Positions 37,520-47,012 of a DNA stretch of 64,000 nt are shown in pieces. The translations under genes were made by a program, and so were the position numbers. The stretch's first letter is position 1, and every line of letters begins with the position of its first letter. The notes under the pieces were generated by a model. The model was not told the DNA's origin, searched no databases, and saw only the letters and a list, made by a program, of their open reading frames with translations. The stretch comes from Candidatus Omnitrophota bacterium (GTDB taxonomy: Bacteria > Omnitrophota > Gorgyraeia > 2-01-FULL-45-10). The stretch is from the NCBI GenBank assembly GCA_041650935.1, contig JBAZKH010000005.1:65574-129573 (forward strand). The letters run 5' to 3'.

Positions 37520-39724
37520 CTACATTAAAGGCGGAAGTGAAAACACCGGATGTCCGGCTTTCTGCAGATACTCAACCAGCGCCGCAGCGTCCGTCGCCAC
37601 CGTTTCATCCGCTATCTTTTCGAAGAGTTCCGGCATGCCCAGCTCTTTAGACCGCGCCTTAAGCTTGTCCGCCAGCGCCTCTTTAAGTTCCCGCGGCATC
37701 CAGACCACTCTCTTCAATCCATCTTCCGCCGAAATGAATTTTTTACTCACTATATAGAGCCTGCCCACCCCCAGAAAACCCGGCGTCTGGTTACCGCCGC
37801 CGACAGAGCTCGCCAGGGTCGTGAACTTCATGCCTGCCGGCGTCTCGCCCGAATATTCCCGGTTCACTACCATAACACCATTCGCCTCGGGGACTATTGC
37901 CACTATGCATTCAAAACATCCGCACGAAGTCATAGGCGACTCCATAAGCGAATACGCGCTCATCCGCTCGATCTTGTGGTGCGAATTGTTATAGACAAAT
38001 TCATTTACACCCGCCCACAGCCCTTTGTTCTGGTCGATGACAGCGCCTTTCTTTATCGGCTGGTTGCCGCCTGTCGGCGTAATCTCATGCGCCGCCCTGG
38101 CATCCAGCCATGAATAGGCGCCGCAGAGGCCTAGCCTTTCGGGGCTCACGACACAGACGTGGTCGGGCGCAAAACTCTGACAAAGCGTACAACTGTAGAA
38201 CGTATCGACACTTTCGTCGGTCATGCCGGCCAGGCGCTCGTCCCTCGAGATAAAGACTTTCCTAACCTCGGGCAGCAGGACCTTTATCTCCTTCTCGTTA
38301 GTATAGATAGTCACCTGAACCTTGTCGACTATCGCGCCGTATTCATCTTTTAATTTTGCGGTCAATATTTCGCCAAAATGCCGTATCTTGAACCCGGCCT
38401 TTTTAGCGTCCTTCGATATGCGGATCCAGTTCATATCGCGCTGGCCCATATGGAATATGCCCATCGCATAATTCAGGTATTTATGTATCTGCCGCTCAAG
38501 TATCGGCTCGAAGTCGACCGCCATCCGTCTGCCGGCAACGTCGACTACTATCGCCAAAGGCTGGCCGGAACCTTCCGCCATCGCGTCCACCTCCGGCCCG
38601 ATAACTATAATCTTGCCGTCCGCGATCTCCGCCATCTTCTTCATGCGTAAGTATTCGAAAGCTGTCGAATATTTGCCGCCGAATTGAACGGCCATATTCT
38701 CTTTCCTTACACGTTCGCCCTCGAACGCGGCCGAGAACGGCACAGGGACCGGGATCTGGGCAACTTTTATCTTTATACCGCGCGTCTCGATCGCCCGCTC
38801 GGCTATCTTCGTATGGTCGGGTTCTCTGACAAGACACTCTTCATGGGCGCAAACGCCGAGTACGCGGATCTCCGGCAGGTCCAGGTCGGTGATGATCGGA
38901 ACGCCGGCGGCAAGCGCACCCGCGCCGGTAGCGGCCTTTACCTCATCGACTCCGCCCAGAAGCAGAACGAACGCCGGCACTCTCTGCCTGATATAATCGA
39001 CACATGCTTTCGCATTGCCCGCTTTTATGCCTCCGAAGGTAAGCGCGGCCCGTATCGCGAAATTTAGAACATAGACAGCCGATATCGTATCGCGGCCGAA
39101 CGGCACCACATAACTATCGAGCCCCATAGCAAGCCCGCCTGCTTTCAATTGTTCAACAATGCTGACGTTGTCCACGTTTCCGCCCAAAAGCGTCAGAATG
39201 TTCCTCTTCTGCAGGTCCCTTACAATATTTACAGCCGTCTTGGCATCCGGGGCCCTGCCCAGGATCACGGCAATCCCGGAAATCCTGCCGTCAACAAGCT
39301 GGACACCAAGCGACCTTAAGATGGTGTCGGATAAAAATCCCGGGCAATCTGCCTGCGGTTCCTCTCCGTAAATATATTTAAGCGCGCATATAAGTTCTTC
39401 CGAAAGTATCGTTGCTACCCCGGCATTGAGCGAATCCCTCAGGAAAACGTCCCACTTATCTTCTACCGGCACATCCTTTATTACCAGCGTCTTAGCCGTG
39501 GCAAGCAGCTTCTCGGCATCGGCGACCGTCCTTACCTCGGAACCGAGTAAGCCGTTCGCTAAAGGAAGATAGAACGCCGTCTCCGGGAACGCGACTTTCC
39601 AGCCCGAGCCCTTTTCTTTCTTAGCCTTAGCCAATAAGAGATCGGCCTCTGCAAGCACCTTTTTGGCGCCCGTAATCATAAGACCCGCAACCATCTTTAT
39701 CGTAATATCCGCTGTCTTAGCCAT
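37520..39724 (-). CDS. acsB: Acetyl-CoA synthase (ACS, A-cluster subunit of CODH/ACS).
   Basis: A-cluster motif region CGCFECIV. The N-terminal homology (VAFPETAFYLPL) supports the ATG at 39724. The track ORF extends to a TTG at 39778. Confidence 0.85.
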   Translation of the reverse strand: MAKTADITIKMVAGLMITGAKKVLAEADLLLAKAKKEKGSGWKVAFPETAFYLPLANGLLGSEVRTVADAEKLLATAKTLVIKDVPVEDKWDVFLRDSLNAGVATILSEELICALKYIYGEEPQADCPGFLSDTILRSLGVQLVDGRISGIAVILGRAPDAKTAVNIVRDLQKRNILTLLGGNVDNVSIVEQLKAGGLAMGLDSYVVPFGRDTISAVYVLNFAIRAALTFGGIKAGNAKACVDYIRQRVPAFVLLLGGVDEVKAATGAGALAAGVPIITDLDLPEIRVLGVCAHEECLVREPDHTKIAERAIETRGIKIKVAQIPVPVPFSAAFEGERVRKENMAVQFGGKYSTAFEYLRMKKMAEIADGKIIVIGPEVDAMAEGSGQPLAIVVDVAGRRMAVDFEPILERQIHKYLNYAMGIFHMGQRDMNWIRISKDAKKAGFKIRHFGEILTAKLKDEYGAIVDKVQVTIYTNEKEIKVLLPEVRKVFISRDERLAGMTDESVDTFYSCTLCQSFAPDHVCVVSPERLGLCGAYSWLDARAAHEITPTGGNQPIKKGAVIDQNKGLWAGVNEFVYNNSHHKIERMSAYSLMESPMTSCGCFECIVAIVPEANGVMVVNREYSGETPAGMKFTTLASSVGGGNQTPGFLGVGRLYIVSKKFISAEDGLKRVVWMPRELKEALADKLKARSKELGMPELFEKIADETVATDAAALVEYLQKAGHPVFSLPPLM

Positions 39725-39767
39725 CAATTTTCCCCTTCTCGCTCTACCTACTCTTCCCCGCTTGCTC

Positions 39768-39812
39768 TTTCCCAGCAAGATTCCTGAGATAGCACATGAT
39801 CTTGCCGGGAAA
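39768..39812. repeat. 45-bp palindromic element, copy A (13-bp arms tttcccagcaaga / tcttgccgggaaa, 19-nt spacer).
   Basis: Seen in the sequence. It matches the reverse complement of the element at 41606-41650. Confidence 0.75.
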
Positions 39813-39840
39813 GATTCCTGCGCTCTCCACTATCCACTAT

Positions 39841-40707
39841 TCATAGCCCCGCCGCATCCAGCACTAAAGGCACTTTCTTATCCCAGCCTATCGGCATTAT
39901 ATGTATGCCCTGGCAAAGCGGCTTCAACTCTTTGATTAGCCGCGCCGCTATCTCTATCGATTTCTCCGTTTTATCTCCGGCCGCATCCATCTCCCGCATG
40001 AGATCGTCCGGCACCAGGACTCCGGCAACATTCTTATTCATATACTTTGCCATACCGGCAGATTTCAATAGAACGATCCCGGCCAGCACCGGCGCTTTTA
40101 TATGTTTGATACCGGCGAGAAACTTCTTAAACAACCCGACATCGTAGACCGCCTGCGTCTGGAAGAACTGCGCGCCAGACGCTACCTTCTTCTCCATCTT
40201 TATTATCTCCGGCTCCAGCGGATCCGCGCCGGGATTTACCACGGCTCCGATGCAAAATTTCGGCGCTCCTTTCAGCGCATTGCCCTTCATATCTTTACCG
40301 CCGGCGAGTAATTTAGCGACTCGTATCAGCTGGACGCTATCCAGGTCGAATACGGGTTTTGCTTCAGGGTGATCGCCCAACGAAGGATAATCTCCCGTAA
40401 GGAGCAGGACGTTCTCGATACCGAGAAGGCTCGCCGAAAGAAGATCCGATTGCAGGGCAAGCCGGTTCCTGTCGCGGCAGGTCATCTGGAATATCGGCTC
40501 GATCCCCCCGGCCTTAAGAAGACTCGAAACCGCAAGCGAACCGGCCCGCAGGACCGAGCTCTGCAGGTCCGTAACGTTTATCGCGTCGACACGCGAACGT
40601 ATCAGCTCCGCATCGAGCAGGGTCTCTTTCAGGTCGACCCCTTTCGGTGGGCCTATTTCGCTCGTTACCACGAACTTGCCCTGTTTTAACTTCTCGCAAA
40701 AAGTCAT
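39841..40707 (-). CDS. metF: Methylenetetrahydrofolate reductase.
   Basis: MetF-like TIM barrel. Syntenic with folD and acsB. Confidence 0.8.
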   Translation of the reverse strand: MTFCEKLKQGKFVVTSEIGPPKGVDLKETLLDAELIRSRVDAINVTDLQSSVLRAGSLAVSSLLKAGGIEPIFQMTCRDRNRLALQSDLLSASLLGIENVLLLTGDYPSLGDHPEAKPVFDLDSVQLIRVAKLLAGGKDMKGNALKGAPKFCIGAVVNPGADPLEPEIIKMEKKVASGAQFFQTQAVYDVGLFKKFLAGIKHIKAPVLAGIVLLKSAGMAKYMNKNVAGVLVPDDLMREMDAAGDKTEKSIEIAARLIKELKPLCQGIHIMPIGWDKKVPLVLDAAGL

Positions 40708-41564
40708 CCCATCTGCTCCTTAAATAACTCTACGGTATTCCTCATGAGCAACGTCGTCGTAATCGGCCCAACGCCGCCCGGCACAGGCGTAAGGTAAGCT
40801 GCCTTCCGGGACGCGCCATCGTATTCGACATCGCCGAGAATTTTATCCCCAGCACGGTTTATTCCGACATCTATTACTATCGCGCCCGGTTTTATCCAAT
40901 CGCCTTTGATCAATCCGGCTTTGCCGACAGCGACAATCAGGATCTCCGCCCGCCTTACATGCTCCGGCAGGGCGCCGCGCTCACCCGTAGCAATATGACA
41001 AACTGTGGTCGTCGCGAACTTATTCAATAGCATGAGAGAAAGCGGCCGCCCGACTATCTCCGAATGCCCTACTATGACCGCCTCTTTCCCGTACAGATCG
41101 GCCTTGACCGATCCCAGGAGTTCCATTACCGCCATGGCGGTGCATGGCCCGATCCTGCATTGCCCCAGCAATATATTTCCAAGGTTCCGGGGATGCATAC
41201 CTTCGGCGTCTTTTTCGGGCGCGATCGTCGCTACCAGTCTCCTGGCAGTTATCCCTTCCGGAACGGGCAGCTGCAGGATAATCGCCGTAACACTCTTATC
41301 GGCGTTTAAACCTCTTACGAGACCCTCAGCCTCTATCTGTGTTATCGAATCAGGAGCGGTCTTAAGCTCGTATTCTATGCCGAGCGATTCCGCAGCCTTC
41401 CGCTGCGCTTTCACATACACCGCGGACGATGCGTTTTCGCCGATCTGGAGCGCCAATAGTTTGGGCGCGCGGCCGTATCTGGCCTTCATTTTTTCAACCT
41501 CGGCCCTGATCTTAGACTTTATCTCTTCCGCTATCGGTTTACCCTCTAATAACGTCGCGGCCAT
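40704..41564 (-). CDS. folD: Bifunctional methylene-THF dehydrogenase / methenyl-THF cyclohydrolase.
   Basis: Standard FolD motifs including GRSxxxGxP-like and PGGVGP. Confidence 0.9.
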   Translation of the reverse strand: MAATLLEGKPIAEEIKSKIRAEVEKMKARYGRAPKLLALQIGENASSAVYVKAQRKAAESLGIEYELKTAPDSITQIEAEGLVRGLNADKSVTAIILQLPVPEGITARRLVATIAPEKDAEGMHPRNLGNILLGQCRIGPCTAMAVMELLGSVKADLYGKEAVIVGHSEIVGRPLSLMLLNKFATTTVCHIATGERGALPEHVRRAEILIVAVGKAGLIKGDWIKPGAIVIDVGINRAGDKILGDVEYDGASRKAAYLTPVPGGVGPITTTLLMRNTVELFKEQMG

Positions 41565-41605
41565 CTCGCGCTCCTTTTCACTCGCTGCACACTGCTAGTG
41601 AGTTC

Positions 41606-41650
41606 TTTCCCGGCAAGATCATGTGACGCATTAGGAATCTTGCCGGGAAA
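41606..41650. repeat. 45-bp palindromic element, copy B (arms tttcccggcaaga / tcttgccgggaaa).
   Basis: Perfect 13-bp inverted arms. The spacer ends are conserved with copy A. Confidence 0.75.
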
Positions 41651-41658
41651 AATTTCGG

Positions 41659-42267
41659 TCACCGCTCTATAACTTCCTCGCAGATCTCCAATATCTCTTC
41701 CTTTAGCCCGGGCATCGATTCTTCGATCGGCAATATAATCTTATGAACCTCACCCACAAAATCGATATCACTTATATATTTCAGATTTACGTAAACATTG
41801 AACTTGGCTGAAAAGAAAGCACCCTCCAGCAAAATTGCCGCTATGGCCGTATCGGTGATGAGGTTCTTATTGCCAATCACGGCCAGCTCCTTGCACAGCG
41901 CCAGGGCCGCGCCCGTTATTCTGCATACTTCGAACGGCGGCTCCATCGCCGCCTTAAAGAGGCGGTCCAGTTTCGCCGGATCTTTGCCGAAATTCTTCAG
42001 ACCTGCCGATAATTTCTCATAAGCCTCGGCGTCTTTATCGACAAGCCCCTGAAGCTGAAGGCGATATTCTTCCGATTTTTTTAAAATATTTTTGACTTTA
42101 TCTTCCGCCGCCTTATATTTTGGATTACCGATAGTGTAATTCGCGACCATCGACACCAATCCGGCGCCTATCGCCGCGGATAGGGCCGCGGCGCTGCCTC
42201 CGCCCGGCGCGCACTTCTTTGCGGCAAGGTCGTTTAAATAATCATGCATCGGCCTGTCGTTATACAT
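41659..42267 (-). CDS. fchA: Methenyltetrahydrofolate cyclohydrolase (cyclodeaminase/cyclohydrolase family).
   Basis: CAPGGGSAAALSAAIGAGLVSMV is the family signature. Confidence 0.8.
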   Translation of the reverse strand: MYNDRPMHDYLNDLAAKKCAPGGGSAAALSAAIGAGLVSMVANYTIGNPKYKAAEDKVKNILKKSEEYRLQLQGLVDKDAEAYEKLSAGLKNFGKDPAKLDRLFKAAMEPPFEVCRITGAALALCKELAVIGNKNLITDTAIAAILLEGAFFSAKFNVYVNLKYISDIDFVGEVHKIILPIEESMPGLKEEILEICEEVIER

Positions 42268-43951
42268 ACTTCACCCTCCCCTTTGCATCGATATCGATAT
42301 GCTCGCCCACAGGATGAGAAGGCAAACTCGGCATCGTAAGTATCCGTCCGCAAAGCGCGTATAAGAACCCGGCCCCTATCGACGGTCTTACATCTCTGAC
42401 CGGAAGTACAAAATCTCTTGGACTGCCTTTAATCTTAGGATCGTGCGAAAGCGAAAGATGCGTCTTAGCCATACAGACCGGGAGGTTCGAAAAACCCATC
42501 TTCTTATAGATCTTTATATTTTCCTCCGCGCGCTTTTCGAAATGAACGCCCTTCGCGCCATAAACTTTTACGGCAATCGTCTCTATCTTCCTCTCGATCG
42601 GCATATCCAGCGGATACAGGTAATTGAACCTGCCGCCCGCTTCACATGCGTCCGCGGCGGCACGGGCCAGCTCCAGGCCGCCCCGGGAGCCGTACCGGTA
42701 GACGTCGCTTGTAACACAGCTAAACGCGCCGACCTCAAGAGCTTTGCGTCTGACCAGGTCTATCTCCCTGGCGGTATCCGTTGCGAACCTGTTTATTGCA
42801 ACGATGCACGGGATACCATACAACCGCACATTTTCGATCTGCTTCTCCAGGTTCACACACCCCGCATCCAACAGGTCGAGATTCTCCAGGGAAAGTTCCC
42901 TGCCAAGAGGCTTTCCCACAACCATCTTGAGAACCCCCGAGTGAATCTTAAGCGCTCTTACCGACGCGACGAGAACCGCGGCGGCGGGCTTAAGAGAACC
43001 GGCCCTGCATTTTATGTTAACGAACTTCTCAAGACCGCAATCGGCGCCGAAGCCGGCTTCCGTAACAACATAATCGGCCAGCCCCAGCGCGATCCTGTCG
43101 GCCAGTATCGAACTGTTACCGTGGGTTATGTTCGCGAATGGGCCCGTGTGAATAAAGGCCGGGGTATTTTCGATCGTCTGGACCAGGTTAGGATTTACCG
43201 CATCCGTCAGGATAGCGGCCATAGAACCCGCAACCTTTATGTCGTCGCAGGTAACCGGTTTTGCGCTCCGCGTCAAAGCAAGCACTATCCTGCCGAGCCG
43301 TTTGCGCATATCGGGTATCGATTCCGAAAGAGCAAGTATGGCCATAACCTCGCTGGCCGCGGTAATATCAAAACCCGTGCTGCGCTCAACGCCGGACTCT
43401 CCGCCGCCAAGCCCGATCTTTACGGACCGCAGGGCCCGGTCATTTACATCCATCACACGGCGCCAGTATATCCGCTCCGGATCTATGCCGAGCGCGTTCC
43501 CCCTATAGAGATGGTTGTCGAGAAAAGACGCGGCGAGGTTATGCGCCTGCGTAACCGCATGAATGTCGCCTGTGAGATGGAGGTTTATATCGTCTTCTGG
43601 CGCGACCCGGGAATACCCTCCGCCCACTCCGCCGCCTTTCACACCGAAGAAAGGCCCCATCGACGGCTGCCTGAGACACGCACAGGAGCGCCGCCCCATC
43701 CTGTTGAGAGCCATCGACAGCCCAACGGTAGTAACGGTCTTGCCCTCGCCAAGATGCGTCGGGGTGATCCCGGTAACGACGATATATTTAGATCTCTTCC
43801 TTTGGCGCAGGTTCTTTAAGATATCTATGGCGATCTTTGCTTTATGTTCACCATAGAATTCGATATATTTATTTGGTATGCCTAATGTTGCGGCAATCGC
43901 TGAAATAGGCTTTAGTTTTGCTTCCGCGGCTATCTGGACGTCGCTCTTCAT
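42260..43951 (-). CDS. fhs: Formate--tetrahydrofolate ligase.
   Basis: 563 aa. The N-terminus MKSDVQIAAEAKLKPI and the P-loop region match Fhs. Confidence 0.9.
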   Translation of the reverse strand: MKSDVQIAAEAKLKPISAIAATLGIPNKYIEFYGEHKAKIAIDILKNLRQRKRSKYIVVTGITPTHLGEGKTVTTVGLSMALNRMGRRSCACLRQPSMGPFFGVKGGGVGGGYSRVAPEDDINLHLTGDIHAVTQAHNLAASFLDNHLYRGNALGIDPERIYWRRVMDVNDRALRSVKIGLGGGESGVERSTGFDITAASEVMAILALSESIPDMRKRLGRIVLALTRSAKPVTCDDIKVAGSMAAILTDAVNPNLVQTIENTPAFIHTGPFANITHGNSSILADRIALGLADYVVTEAGFGADCGLEKFVNIKCRAGSLKPAAAVLVASVRALKIHSGVLKMVVGKPLGRELSLENLDLLDAGCVNLEKQIENVRLYGIPCIVAINRFATDTAREIDLVRRKALEVGAFSCVTSDVYRYGSRGGLELARAAADACEAGGRFNYLYPLDMPIERKIETIAVKVYGAKGVHFEKRAEENIKIYKKMGFSNLPVCMAKTHLSLSHDPKIKGSPRDFVLPVRDVRPSIGAGFLYALCGRILTMPSLPSHPVGEHIDIDAKGRVKYV

Positions 43952-44036
43952 TATCGATATTATATCCAGTAATATTATAAGAAGTAATTAAGGATAATAT
44001 CTTAGTATAAAAGGCGTGGAAATGGAAGGGAAAAGT

Positions 44037-44414
44037 TCAGTCCGAGAGCTTCTTCATCTGGATATCGACCTTGGTCGGGATGAGCTTGAACTGCGAGCCG
44101 GTAAGGTTGTCGACAGCCAGCCCGGCAAGCCCAAAAAGTACGGCGTTGCCGGCTATGGCCCCGCTCACGACATGCAGCAGCTTAACGGTCTCGTCCTTAT
44201 ATCCTTCTTTCGTAAAACAAAGGGTATAATCACGGTTTCGTTTCAAGTGCAATTTTACCGGCGTAATATATTTTTCGCCGCCGTCGACAGTAACCGTCGC
44301 GCCGCCGGGATCGGACGATACCGGCACCTTCTGGTACCATCCCGTTATGAGAGTAGCGCATCCCGAGACCGGCACGCACAAAACGACTATTAAGAAGAAG
44401 AGCACAAACCGCAT
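44037..44414 (-). CDS. PEGA-domain lipoprotein.
   Basis: Lipobox-like VSGC followed by the PEGA-like stretch SSDPGGATVTVDGGEKYITP. Confidence 0.5.
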   Translation of the reverse strand: MRFVLFFLIVVLCVPVSGCATLITGWYQKVPVSSDPGGATVTVDGGEKYITPVKLHLKRNRDYTLCFTKEGYKDETVKLLHVVSGAIAGNAVLFGLAGLAVDNLTGSQFKLIPTKVDIQMKKLSD

Positions 44415-44419
44415 ACAGA

Positions 44420-44965
44420 CTATCTCTTTCTGCTATACCGGCCCATAATCTGGCCATCGGCCAAAATGTGGCCGGCCATGGCCCCTTCCAGGTCCTTCTT
44501 CGTCGCTCCCGGGGCAAGTGAAATCATCGTATCCAGCGCATAGACCTTGAAATAGTATCTGTGCACACCGCTCGGCGGGCACGGGCCGCCGTATCCGATC
44601 TGCCGGGAATCGTTTACCCCCTGGACCGAACCGTCTGCCAATACCTCTTCGCCAGGCACATTTTCGACCAGCCCCTTCGACTGAGGAGGCATGTTAAAGA
44701 TGACCCAGTGCACCCATGTTCCGCGCGGCGCATCCGGGTCGTCGCATATAAGCGCCACGCTCCGCGTCCCGGGCGGAATGTCCGACCACGCAAGAGGCGG
44801 CGATACGTCTTTACCGTCACAGGTATACTTACCCGGTATCGCCTCCTCATCCTTGAAAGCGCTGCTAGTAACAGATAGCTTCACAGGTCCTTCTCCTTTC
44901 GAATACACGGCACCATGGACAAAGAATACAGTTACCGCTATAATAACAAGGCCGGCGATCCTCAT
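44420..44965 (-). CDS. YbhB/YbcL-family PEBP (Raf-kinase-inhibitor-like) protein, secreted.
   Basis: The motifs DPDAP and HRYYFKVYALD are PEBP signatures. Confidence 0.8.
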   Translation of the reverse strand: MRIAGLVIIAVTVFFVHGAVYSKGEGPVKLSVTSSAFKDEEAIPGKYTCDGKDVSPPLAWSDIPPGTRSVALICDDPDAPRGTWVHWVIFNMPPQSKGLVENVPGEEVLADGSVQGVNDSRQIGYGGPCPPSGVHRYYFKVYALDTMISLAPGATKKDLEGAMAGHILADGQIMGRYSRKR

Positions 44966-45735
44966 TTTGCGATCTCCAGTTTATATAGATCGCTGTACGT
45001 ACCCGTCAGCCATAAATATTTACCGTCCCAAACTATACCCGTAGTCTTCGACACGGGCGAGCGGAACGCTCCGACGATCTCCCATCTCTTCACGTCCACT
45101 TTATATACAAGCTGTTCATACCAGCTCGTTATCCATAGGTTCGCGCCGTCCCATGCTATATGCGCCGGCTCCTGGATATCCTGTATCGATATCCTGTTAG
45201 AGTAGTTCAAGTTGCCGTCGAACTCCAGCAGTTCGAACCTGGTCCCCAGCCCCCTCTTCCATATGATCACAAATAGACGCTCGCCGTCCCATAAGATACC
45301 CGCCGGATGAGATCCGGGAAAAGATACCCATAGTTCCTTTTCAAGTTTATTATCCTCAAGCCGCGCAAGATAGAGTTTCTGCTGGTCCCAATCCGTGGTA
45401 AAAAAAAGGTCACCGGTTTTTTTTACGACGGCCTCGGTGAAATCCGCCACGGGCTCTATGTCGGAAACGAGACGGCCGGAATCCATATCGATCACCCAGA
45501 TATTACCGCTCTTTCCGTTACTGATCCATATACAGCCGCCGTTCAAAGAAAGCCCCTCGTGCCACCCCTTAGGCAGTGTTATCGTCCCGACAACTTTTAC
45601 CGGGATGGTTTCATATCTTTGAGATTTTTTCAGGTTTATGGGGCGGTCCTGGAACGAAATAGCCTGCCCTGCGTTTAGAAGAAGCAGGCCAAGCAAGACA
45701 ATGATAAAGCTATTCTTCGGCAATTTTTTGGACAT
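44962..45735 (-). CDS. Secreted beta-propeller protein, glutamine cyclotransferase-like.
   Basis: Repeated WDGxxLW(V/I) blades. About 257 aa with a signal peptide. Confidence 0.4.
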   Translation of the reverse strand: MSKKLPKNSFIIVLLGLLLLNAGQAISFQDRPINLKKSQRYETIPVKVVGTITLPKGWHEGLSLNGGCIWISNGKSGNIWVIDMDSGRLVSDIEPVADFTEAVVKKTGDLFFTTDWDQQKLYLARLEDNKLEKELWVSFPGSHPAGILWDGERLFVIIWKRGLGTRFELLEFDGNLNYSNRISIQDIQEPAHIAWDGANLWITSWYEQLVYKVDVKRWEIVGAFRSPVSKTTGIVWDGKYLWLTGTYSDLYKLEIAK

Positions 45736-46084
45736 CTTTGTCGGGGCTTTTTTCCGGGAGGATTAATTTCGATTTCAGATACCGAATTTGTTCGGCAAGT
45801 TCCTTATTCTCATTTTCAAGCTTCTTCAGCCGGCCATATACATCCTCGAATTTCCGCGCGGCGTATTCCTCGGGACCCTCCGCGACGTATGTCGTTTCGT
45901 TACGGCGGTGCATCCTCCCGCCCTCCGGAATCAGCAGGGTAACGTCATTATTTATCTTCCTGGTCTCCATGCCGGGCTGGTTCATTTCGTCATCGCCCTG
46001 CGGAAAATTATTACTTTGCGCGATAAGCGGCGCCGAACTAAATATGGCGAGGACCGTAATATAGAGAATGCAATTCTTTTCCAT
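45710..46084 (-). CDS. Hypothetical small secreted coiled-coil protein. The start was moved to the internal Met of the 139-aa track ORF.
   Basis: MEKNCILYITVLAIFSSAPLIAQS signal peptide. The C-terminus reads LENENKELAEQIRYLKSKL. Confidence 0.35.
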   Translation of the reverse strand: MEKNCILYITVLAIFSSAPLIAQSNNFPQGDDEMNQPGMETRKINNDVTLLIPEGGRMHRRNETTYVAEGPEEYAARKFEDVYGRLKKLENENKELAEQIRYLKSKLILPEKSPDKDVQKIAEE

Positions 46085-47009
46085 ATCTCTCCAGGATATA
46101 ATGACAGAAGAAACAATTATCGCTCGCACGCCCGGGAAATTTCACGCCATCCCTGACGAGCCTCTTACGAAGACCGCTTAATCCTGAGTTAAATATAGCA
46201 CAAACGATCCTGTTTTGGCGAATATTTTTCCTGATGCGCGAAAGAGAATCCTTATTTATGTTGCCTACGCTAAGTAGAGGCGACTCGGACGCATAACCGC
46301 AGCATGGTTTTACCTCTCCCGACGGTTCTACGAAGAAGACGTTACCGGGTCCCTCGCAGTAATCTTCCTTAAACCACTTCCCATCCCACGGCGCCTTAAG
46401 CCCCCCGGCTCTACCGGCTGCCGAAAGGCCGATCTTCGCTATCTTTATGAAGAGCGCGTCCGATCCGATATGCTGACGGTAAGTCCCGAAATCCTCAAGC
46501 CGCGCGCCAAGAAGACGCGCCAATCTCGATAACTTCCTCCGTGTCGGCACCTCTTTGCCCGTCACATAAATTATCGATATAAGATCGGGCCTTCTCCATA
46601 CCTCCTGGGCCGTCTTTATAAAGCGGGCCAGTTTATCAACATGCTGTTTATGATAAGCATCTACGCTTATAGATATGGCACCGTCGTATCCGGCCTTGAA
46701 TAGCCTATGCAGTGTATCTTCCAGGTCGCGGTCGTTCTTGTACCACACTCCATTTGTGACTATCCGCGTAAAGAAGAAACCCTCCTTAACGGCAAATTTA
46801 ACTACCGAATACAAAAAATTCCGAGCTAAGAACGGCTCACCACCCGTGAACCCGACCCTATCTATGCCGCCCTTCCTGCATCCTGAAAGGAAGGCTTTTG
46901 CGGAGGCCGCAGACAGGATCGCATGCGTCTTTCTGATACTGCAATGGGGGCAGGACAGATTACAATCCGTAGTGGGAGAAAACAGTATTTCTTCGGGATA
47001 AAATGGCAT
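46038..47009 (-). CDS. Radical SAM protein with a SPASM/twitch-like C-terminal Cys-rich domain.
   Basis: CNLSCPHC (CxxxCxxC) is at the N-terminus. The C-terminal cysteines lie at CEGPGNVFFVEPSGEVKPCCGY and CFFCHY. Confidence 0.7.
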   Translation of the reverse strand: MPFYPEEILFSPTTDCNLSCPHCSIRKTHAILSAASAKAFLSGCRKGGIDRVGFTGGEPFLARNFLYSVVKFAVKEGFFFTRIVTNGVWYKNDRDLEDTLHRLFKAGYDGAISISVDAYHKQHVDKLARFIKTAQEVWRRPDLISIIYVTGKEVPTRRKLSRLARLLGARLEDFGTYRQHIGSDALFIKIAKIGLSAAGRAGGLKAPWDGKWFKEDYCEGPGNVFFVEPSGEVKPCCGYASESPLLSVGNINKDSLSRIRKNIRQNRIVCAIFNSGLSGLRKRLVRDGVKFPGRASDNCFFCHYILERYGKELHSLYYGPRHI

Positions 47010-47012
47010 GCT

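Noticed and set aside
39725-39778. TTG-initiated N-terminal extension of acsB given by the ORF track (MLGKSKRGRVGRARRGKL).
   Set aside because: Homology-like alignment of the AcsB N-terminus starts at MAKTADITIK (ATG at 39724). The extension overlaps the palindromic element and is probably untranslated leader.
42443-43819. 458-aa plus-strand ORF.
   Set aside because: It is entirely antisense to fhs, which has strong homology-like signatures. It is Arg-rich junk.
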